A stretch of 12,391 bases of DNA from Armatimonadota bacterium (GTDB taxonomy: Bacteria > Armatimonadota > Armatimonadia > Armatimonadales > Armatimonadaceae), in the NCBI GenBank assembly GCA_043754515.1, contig JAYUUO010000134.1:1-12391 (forward strand), read 5' to 3'. The first letter of the stretch is position 1; every line of letters begins with the position of its first letter. Shown one piece after another: positions 6,893-12,391 of this stretch. A program made the position numbers and the translations under genes. The notes below the pieces were generated by a model. That model made no database searches. It was given only the letters and a program-made list of their open reading frames with translations, and was not told where the DNA came from.

Positions 6893-9430
6893 ATGACTGA
6901 AACGAGCGAAACAAAACAAAAACTGGTCGTGATCGGCAACGGCATGGCGGGCGCACGCACCGTGGAGGAGATCCTGTTACGCGGCGGCGCGGACCGGTTC
7001 GACATCACCATGTTCGGCGACGAGCCGTACGGCAACTACAACCGCATCCTGCTCTCAAACGTACTGAACGGATCGCAGGGCGCGCACGACATCTTCCTGA
7101 ACCCGATGGCCTGGTACACCGAGAATCAGATCGCGCTTCATGCCGGGGTTCGGGTCACCGGGATAGACCGCGTGGGTAAGCGGGTCATCGGGTCGCGGGC
7201 CGAGAACGCGAACGGGCCGGTGCCTAAGTTCGGGCGCGATGGGGAAGAGTCCGTCGCCTACGACAAACTGATCATCGCCACCGGCTCCCGCCCCTTCGTC
7301 CCGCGCATCACGAATCTGTACCGGGAGTCTGCGCGAGACGGCGAGGCACCGACATTGCGCCCCGGCGTTTTCGTGTTCCGCACGGTGGACGACTGCACGA
7401 AGATCGCCGGGTACGCGACCAAAGTACGGTCCGCCGCCGTGATCGGCGGCGGGCTTCTGGGACTAGAGGCGGCGCGTGGGCTGCTCCGGTTCGGGATCGC
7501 GGTGCATGTCATCCACCTGTCGCCGACCCTGATGGAGAATCAGCTCGACGCCACGGCGGGCCGGATGCTGCGCCTAACGATGGAGAAGATGGGCGTCAAG
7601 GTACATACCGAGAAGGCGACCTCGGAGGTGATGCTGGACGCCGACGGCGAGAACGTAATCGGACTCCGGTTCAAGGACGGCTCCGAGATCGCGTGCGACA
7701 TGGTGATCGTGTCGTGCGGGATCACGCCGAACGCTGAGATAGGCAAAACGGCGGGACTGACGGTAAACCGCGCCATCGTTGTGGACGATTTCATGCGGAG
7801 CGTGGACGACGAAAACATCTACGTCGTCGGCGAATGTGCCGAACACGCGGGCAGGGTCTACGGCCTGGTCGCACCGATCTGGGAACAGGGCGAGGTGCTG
7901 GCGGATCAGATCACGGGCACCAACCCCGCGGCGAAGTATCGCGGCTCCAAACTCGCCACGAAACTCAAGGTGATGGGCGTCGAGCTTGCCTCCATGGGTG
8001 TCACCGGCGCGAAGGAGGACGCGGACGAGGAGATAATCTTCAGCGAGCCGAAGCGCGGCGTGTACAAGAAACTGATCGTGCGCGACGACATCCTCATCGG
8101 CGCGATGCTACTCGGAGACACCGGCAAGGCGTCCGCCCTGATACAGGCGTTCGATCGGGGCACGCCGCTCCCCGAAGACCGCGCCGCGATCCTGTTCAAC
8201 ATGGGCAAGGAGGTCAGCCGCTCCGTCGCCGAAACGATGCTCGAAATGCCCGACGACACGCGCATCTGTAACTGCAACGCGGTAAGCAAAGGCGCGATCA
8301 AGAAGTGCGTCGCGTCCGGCAAACGCTCGCTGAAAATGGTGATGGAGTCAACGCGGGCGGGCATGGGCTGCGGCTCGTGCAAGAAACTGGTCGGCGAAGT
8401 AGTCGAATGGGCGTGCGACGGGAAGACGGAAGAGGACGCGTCGGTCCACTTCTACGTCCCCGGCATCCCGATGACCAAGGCGGAACTGGTGACGACGATC
8501 ATCGGCAGGAAACTACGCTCCGTGTCCGCCGTGTTCGCCGAACTTTGCGGGGGGACCGAGGACGCGGGTAGTAAGATGGGGCTGGCGTCGCTCCTAAAAT
8601 CGCTCTGGGGCGCGGAGTATGAACTTGAGAACGATGCCCGGTTCATCAACGACCGTGTCCACGCCAACATCCAGAAGGACCGTACATTCTCCGTCGTGCC
8701 GCGCATTTACGGCGGCGTGACCACGGCGGACGATCTGATCCGGATCGGTGAGGTGGCAAAAAAGTACGATGTGCCGATGGTGAAGTTCACCGGCGGCCAG
8801 CGCATTGACCTGCTCGGGATCACGAAGGAGAACCTGCCGAAGGTCTGGGAGGATCTCGGGATGCCGTCCGGCCACGCGTACGCGAAGGCGTTCCGCACCT
8901 GCAAAACCTGCGTCGGCACCGACTTCTGCCGCTACGGGCTGGGGGATTCTACTGCGCTCGGCATCGCCATCGAGAAGCGGTTCCAGGGGATCGAGTCGCC
9001 CGGCAAACTGAAACTGGCGACCTCCGGCTGTCCCCGGAACTGCTCCGAACCGCTGGTCAAGGACTTCGGCGCGATAGCAGTGGGCGACGGCAAGTGGGAA
9101 CTCTACATCGGCGGCGCGGCGGGATCGCACATCCGACGGGGCGACCTGATGTGCGTGGTAGACTCGCACGAAGCGGTACTGCGGCTCGCGGGGCGGTTCT
9201 TCCAGTATTACATCGAGAACGCGAAGTACCTGGAGCGCACGTACGGATTTGTGGAGCGGATCGGGCTGGAGAAGATCAAAGCGATCGTGGTGGACGACGC
9301 GGAAGGGATGGCGGCGCGGCTCGACGCGGCGATGGAGGCGCAGGTACAGGCGTACCGCGACCCGTGGCTGGATCGGGACACACCGGCGACCGCGAACCAG
9401 TTCCGGACGGAGTTGCCGGTTCTTGCGTGA
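6893..9430 (+). CDS. nirB: NAD(P)H-dependent assimilatory nitrite reductase large subunit (siroheme), 845 aa
   Basis: KLVVIGNGMAG FAD motif, YNRILLS, IGGGLLGLEAA NAD motif, ICNCN...GCGSC BFD-like [2Fe-2S], ANIQKDRTFSVVPR, and CKTCVGTDFC...GCPRNC siroheme/[4Fe-4S] ligands. Confidence 0.97.
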   Translation: MTETSETKQKLVVIGNGMAGARTVEEILLRGGADRFDITMFGDEPYGNYNRILLSNVLNGSQGAHDIFLNPMAWYTENQIALHAGVRVTGIDRVGKRVIGSRAENANGPVPKFGRDGEESVAYDKLIIATGSRPFVPRITNLYRESARDGEAPTLRPGVFVFRTVDDCTKIAGYATKVRSAAVIGGGLLGLEAARGLLRFGIAVHVIHLSPTLMENQLDATAGRMLRLTMEKMGVKVHTEKATSEVMLDADGENVIGLRFKDGSEIACDMVIVSCGITPNAEIGKTAGLTVNRAIVVDDFMRSVDDENIYVVGECAEHAGRVYGLVAPIWEQGEVLADQITGTNPAAKYRGSKLATKLKVMGVELASMGVTGAKEDADEEIIFSEPKRGVYKKLIVRDDILIGAMLLGDTGKASALIQAFDRGTPLPEDRAAILFNMGKEVSRSVAETMLEMPDDTRICNCNAVSKGAIKKCVASGKRSLKMVMESTRAGMGCGSCKKLVGEVVEWACDGKTEEDASVHFYVPGIPMTKAELVTTIIGRKLRSVSAVFAELCGGTEDAGSKMGLASLLKSLWGAEYELENDARFINDRVHANIQKDRTFSVVPRIYGGVTTADDLIRIGEVAKKYDVPMVKFTGGQRIDLLGITKENLPKVWEDLGMPSGHAYAKAFRTCKTCVGTDFCRYGLGDSTALGIAIEKRFQGIESPGKLKLATSGCPRNCSEPLVKDFGAIAVGDGKWELYIGGAAGSHIRRGDLMCVVDSHEAVLRLAGRFFQYYIENAKYLERTYGFVERIGLEKIKAIVVDDAEGMAARLDAAMEAQVQAYRDPWLDRDTPATANQFRTELPVLA

Positions 9431-9555
9431 TGGGCGGGTGGCGGGGTACGGACGGTGGGCCGTTCCGGTGGGCGCGCTTCGCGCGGGTTGGTCTTCGACC
9501 TTTCGTGTAGCAAGGGACGCGGGCGGGTTGGGTTCATGGGCCGGTTTGAGCGGGC

Positions 9556-9770
9556 GTTGGGTCATGGGTCGGCGGTTGGTCATGCGGGTAAATCCGCGAC
9601 CTATACAAACGAATCCCGCGGGTACCCTCCGGGTGGCGGGGTGAATGCGCGAGACGATGCACGCGTTTGTTATTGGATCCCATACCCCGCCACCCGGAGG
9701 GTACCCGCGGGATTCGTTTGTATAGGTCGCGGATTTACCCGCATGACCAACCCGCCGACCCATGACCAAC
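9556..9770. repeat. Long palindrome (REP-doublet/MITE-like) between nirB and nirD
   Basis: 9574..9642 is the perfect reverse complement of 9684..9752 (69 bp) around a 41-nt loop. Pairing continues past a 1-nt bulge via 9560..9573/9754..9767 and a few bases beyond. Confidence 0.92.
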
Positions 9771-9913
9771 CCGGCAACCAACGATACACCGGCACGACGG
9801 GCCGCCAACCGCTACTGGGTCCATCCACCGATACGCCGACCGATAACCGACGCCAAAACAACCGACACAAATGTACATTCATCCGGCAATCGCTGGGGAA
9901 AAGAGGACACTAT

Positions 9914-10243
9914 ATGCAAACAAATCTAGGAAACATCGAGTCCATCCCGCCGGGCGAAGGGCGGGAGTTTCAAGTCGCGGGCACAACTGTCGCCGTATTC
10001 CGCCTGAGGAGCGGCGAGGTTTACGCGACGCAGGCGAGTTGCCCGCACCGGAACGCGCCGCTCTGTGACGGGATAACAGGTGGCACGACGCTGGTCTGTC
10101 CGTTCCATTCGTGGAAGTTCGACCTGCGCACCGGCGAGACGCTGACGGGCAACGAGTCGCTGAAAACGTACCCGATCACGCTCGGCGATGACGGTTCGCT
10201 GTCGGTGACGGTAGGCGAGGCGGTCCCGGCGGGGAGCCGCTGA
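9914..10243 (+). CDS. nirD: Nitrite reductase small subunit, Rieske [2Fe-2S] protein (109 aa)
   Basis: ATG at 9914 after an AAGAGGA RBS. Sequence IPPGEGREF, VAVFR, CPHRNAPL, CPFHSWKFDLRTG, LKTYP; both Rieske ligand motifs are intact. Lies downstream of nirB. Confidence 0.92.
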   Translation: MQTNLGNIESIPPGEGREFQVAGTTVAVFRLRSGEVYATQASCPHRNAPLCDGITGGTTLVCPFHSWKFDLRTGETLTGNESLKTYPITLGDDGSLSVTVGEAVPAGSR

Positions 10244-10251
10244 CCCGCGCC

Positions 10252-10950
10252 ATGCTCACCGTGCTGCTCGTCGCGCCCGACCCCGACGCCATAAAACCGC
10301 TCTGTGACGCGCTCACGCGGGACGGATTCGCGGCGCGGGTTGGCCACGGCGAGGGCACGATGGACAAGCGCGGCGGGACATGGGCGGGGCGACCGCCTGA
10401 CCTGGTGGTCGCCGACTTGCGGCGGGCGTTCGACGCTCTGCCGCTCCGGGCGTTGCGCCGCCAACTCGCCGACGCGTGGGGCGAGGAGCCGGGTGACATT
10501 CCGCCTCTGCTCACGCTCCTCGGGGCGCGGCAACTGGTGGCGCGCGACTGGCTCGCCCTGACGGACGATGTTCTCGCGCCCCCGCACGCGCCGGACGAAC
10601 TGGTCGCCCGCGCCCGCCTGCTCCTGTTCCGCCGCCGCCATATCGAGGATGGGGGCGCGATCCGGTTCAAGGACGTGACGCTCGACCCGCGCGGCGGCGT
10701 CCGCAACCATGTGACAGGCACCACCGTCGCGCTCACCCCGCGCGAGTTCGGCCTGCTCTACTTCCTGCTCACGCACCGGGGCAGACTCTACGCCCGCGAA
10801 CGGCTACTCGACTACGTCTGGGGCGTTGACTACGCGGGAGGCGCGCGCACGGTGGACATCCACATCCGGCGACTGCGGGCGAAACTGCCCCCGGAAGCGT
10901 CCGCGTCGCTCGAAAGTCGGCGCGGGTTTGGGTATGGGTTCGCGGTGTAA
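10252..10950 (+). CDS. Orphan OmpR/PhoB-family winged-helix response regulator, GlnR-like (232 aa)
   Basis: C-terminal LTPREFGLL...VWGVDYAGGARTVDIHIRRLRAKL resembles GlnR [24 protein letters not shown]. The receiver is atypical: no acidic pair after strand 1 and no Lys-Pro, with DW..TDDVL...DELVARARL similar to GlnR DWGxDDVL...AEVEARLRL. Starts 8 nt after nirD; no kinase in the window. Confidence 0.85.
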   Translation: MLTVLLVAPDPDAIKPLCDALTRDGFAARVGHGEGTMDKRGGTWAGRPPDLVVADLRRAFDALPLRALRRQLADAWGEEPGDIPPLLTLLGARQLVARDWLALTDDVLAPPHAPDELVARARLLLFRRRHIEDGGAIRFKDVTLDPRGGVRNHVTGTTVALTPREFGLLYFLLTHRGRLYARERLLDYVWGVDYAGGARTVDIHIRRLRAKLPPEASASLESRRGFGYGFAV

Positions 10951-11259
10951 ACCAGGCGATTGCGTCGTGGTCATGTCGCAGGAGCGAGGAATATTCGCGG
11001 GGCGCGGGCGACGGGGGCGATCTTCTCATGATCGGGGAGTTTAGCCGTCTCGGACTCGACGATCTTCGACGCGTAGGCGTCGCGCCCGGCCCCGGCCCGG
11101 ACAAACCGCGACCTGATCGCCGCCGGTTCGGACGCTAGCGCGGCTACGTCCGGCGGCGCGGATCGCGGCGATCGTTCCGCGGGGGTAGCGTTTTCGGAAA
11201 GAGTTGCTTTTTCCTGGGGTGTTTAGTCGCTGTTGCTCGTCCGGCACGACGTTTGGCTT

Positions 11260-11311
11260 GAAACGAGAAGAAGGGCGGACAGGCCGGCTTTCGGAAGTCT
11301 ATCCGCCCTTC
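11260..11311 (-). terminator. Intrinsic terminator-like hairpin downstream of the 73-aa ORF
   Basis: GAAGGGCGGA (11270-11279) and TCCGCCCTTC (11302-11311) form a perfect 10-bp stem with further inner pairing. On the minus strand it is followed by UUCUCGUUUC. Confidence 0.6.
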
Positions 11312-11388
11312 GGCTGTTCATGGGGTCGTACGATGCCGCCCCGCTTTGGTGTGTGCAATTCTGTTCTAACGCGCTTGCCGGGGCGTTT

Positions 11389-11610
11389 CTACTTCAACGC
11401 GTGTGCGCGTTCTTTGTCAATCCGCTTTCTCGCGAATTTGGCGCGTCCTTCCGATCCGACGGTCGGGCTGTAAGCCCCGATGCCGCCGGACGTAGCACGC
11501 ATCTTAACTTCCGCATCCTGCGCGTTCTCAGCGTACCCAAGAGGAGATTTCTTGAACAACATGTCCGGAGATGGTGCATGACTATCATTGATCACATAAA
11601 ACCGCTTCAT
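11389..11610 (-). CDS. Small hypothetical protein (73 aa)
   Basis: ATG preceded by a strong SD (GGAGGAG-AATTT-ATG), a TAG stop, and a terminator-like hairpin ~80 nt downstream. No recognised homology. Confidence 0.6.
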   Translation of the reverse strand: MKRFYVINDSHAPSPDMLFKKSPLGYAENAQDAEVKMRATSGGIGAYSPTVGSEGRAKFARKRIDKERAHALK

Positions 11611-11822
11611 AAATTCTCCTCCATGTGTTTCAAGATCCCAAGTTTAGTATGATTTCGATCTCTATGAGTATACCCGCAAAGTCGTTGTCACTCCATTGCG
11701 GCGAAGGTCGGTCGTAGACGGAACCGACCGCCGCCAAAGCAACCAATCTGTGGTGCAATTGCCCCACAGCGTGAGCCGAGAAACAGGGGGTTCTCCGCGC
11801 AAAGGCGGTAAACTGTGGCGAC

Positions 11823-12113
11823 ATGCCGACTCTAACGATTAACCTGCCGGAACAGACGTACCGCGCTACCCTTGCCTTCCCCGCGGCAGAACGCGAACGG
11901 ATCGCCGCCGAGTCCTTCGCTGCGGCGGAAGCGGTTCTTAACGGGGAATAGGAGCCGAACACGCCGGATTACTATCGGGAAACGAACGCCGACGACCTCG
12001 TGGCCATCGGGCGCAGTCTGCGAGCCGAAGCCGAAGGGCGCATCGTGCCCGGCGACGCCGTGTTCGCGCGACTCCACGAACGGTTTGACAAAACATACGA
12101 GACTCCGTGGTAG
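11823..12113 (+). pseudogene. ParD-like type II antitoxin interrupted by an in-frame TAG at 11949-11951
   Basis: My translation: MPTLTINLPEQTYRATLAFPAAERERIAAESFAAAEAVLNGE*EPNTPDYYRETNADDLVAIGRSLRAEAEGRIVPGDAVFARLHERFDKTYETPW*. The N-terminal TLTINLPE resembles an RHH strand, and the C-terminal AIGRSL..EAEGRIVPGDAVFARL is typical of ParD-type antitoxins. Confidence 0.6.
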
Positions 12114-12294
12114 CCAACAAAGCGACGAGTGACACCGGCCATTTCTAGTAACATTCCTATGACGAGAGAAGACATCATCGAGCAGATCCTGAACTCCTTC
12201 GACCAACGGCGGACCCCGTTGCCAAACTATAGCGAGGTGATGGATAGTCCGGAGGACTCCAAACTTACGCTTGAGCGCGTATGATACTTATAGG

Positions 12295-12391
12295 GTAACT
12301 ATTCAGCCCATATGTAGTGAGGTGTAACCGTTGCGATCTACTACATATGGGGTTTAGGTTGGTCTTTGTCACTATGGTAGACTGCAAAAAT
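12295..12391 (+). mobile_element. Terminal part of an insertion sequence (IS66-family-like end), right copy; the element runs rightwards off the window
   Basis: Begins GTAACTATTCAGCCC and is the exact reverse complement of 3..99 (97 bp). Identity stops abruptly at 12294/100. Confidence 0.65.

Noticed and set aside
9480..9790. CRISPR array or tRNA/ncRNA gene
   Set aside because: The repeats are inverted or degenerate with irregular spacing, there is no repeat-spacer periodicity or cas gene, and no cloverleaf.
8594..9808. 404-aa minus-strand ORF and other long antisense or alternate-frame ORFs over nasA, narK and nirB
   Set aside because: Shadow ORFs expected in high-GC coding DNA, Arg/Pro-rich with no motifs. 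The peptides shared with the 9455..10243 ORF (GHAGKSATYTNESRGYPPGGGV) are simply a product of the palindrome.
9455..9913. 153-aa N-terminal extension making NirD a 262-aa fusion
   Set aside because: It is a translation of palindromic repeat DNA; a good RBS precedes ATG 9914, giving a normal-length Rieske NirD.
10951..11250. Minus-strand open frame (...RDAYASKIVESETAKLPDHEKIAPV...) as a gene remnant
   Set aside because: No start codon after the upstream TAA and no family I can identify; it may be a fragment but cannot be supported without a search.
12159..12284. 41-codon ORF as the cognate toxin
   Set aside because: Too short, no SD, and no ParE/RelE/VapC motifs.
1..12391. Window as a linear plasmid or phage, or a single transposon with terminal inverted repeats
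   Set aside because: No replication, terminal-protein or transposase gene is present, and the IS-like GTAAC termini sit at the inner boundaries of the repeats, so the repeated elements extend outward from the window.

Overview
GC-rich bacterial window holding a co-oriented assimilatory nitrate/nitrite utilisation cluster: a 137-aa uncharacterised protein overlapping nasA (Mo-bisPGD nitrate reductase), a signal-peptide outer-membrane beta-barrel porin, a NarK-family MFS transporter with an unusual ~125-aa soluble insertion after TM1, nirB, nirD (Rieske) and a GlnR-like orphan OmpR-family regulator. A conserved hypothetical gene (DUF7009-like) is divergent on the left. The nirB-nirD spacer contains a ~215-bp near-perfect palindrome resembling a REP doublet. 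The right-hand 1.3 kb is accessory: a 73-aa orphan ORF with a strong RBS and terminator, and a ParD-like antitoxin broken by an in-frame TAG with no toxin partner. Both window ends carry the same 97-bp sequence in inverted orientation, and its inner terminus (GTAACTATTCAGCCC) resembles an IS66-family end. The cluster is therefore bracketed by inverted IS copies, either as a composite transposon or simply as a contig broken at repeats. The enzymes and regulator look actinobacterial in type but the porin implies a diderm host (e.g. Armatimonadota; inference only). All family calls are by-eye motif recognition; no searches were run.
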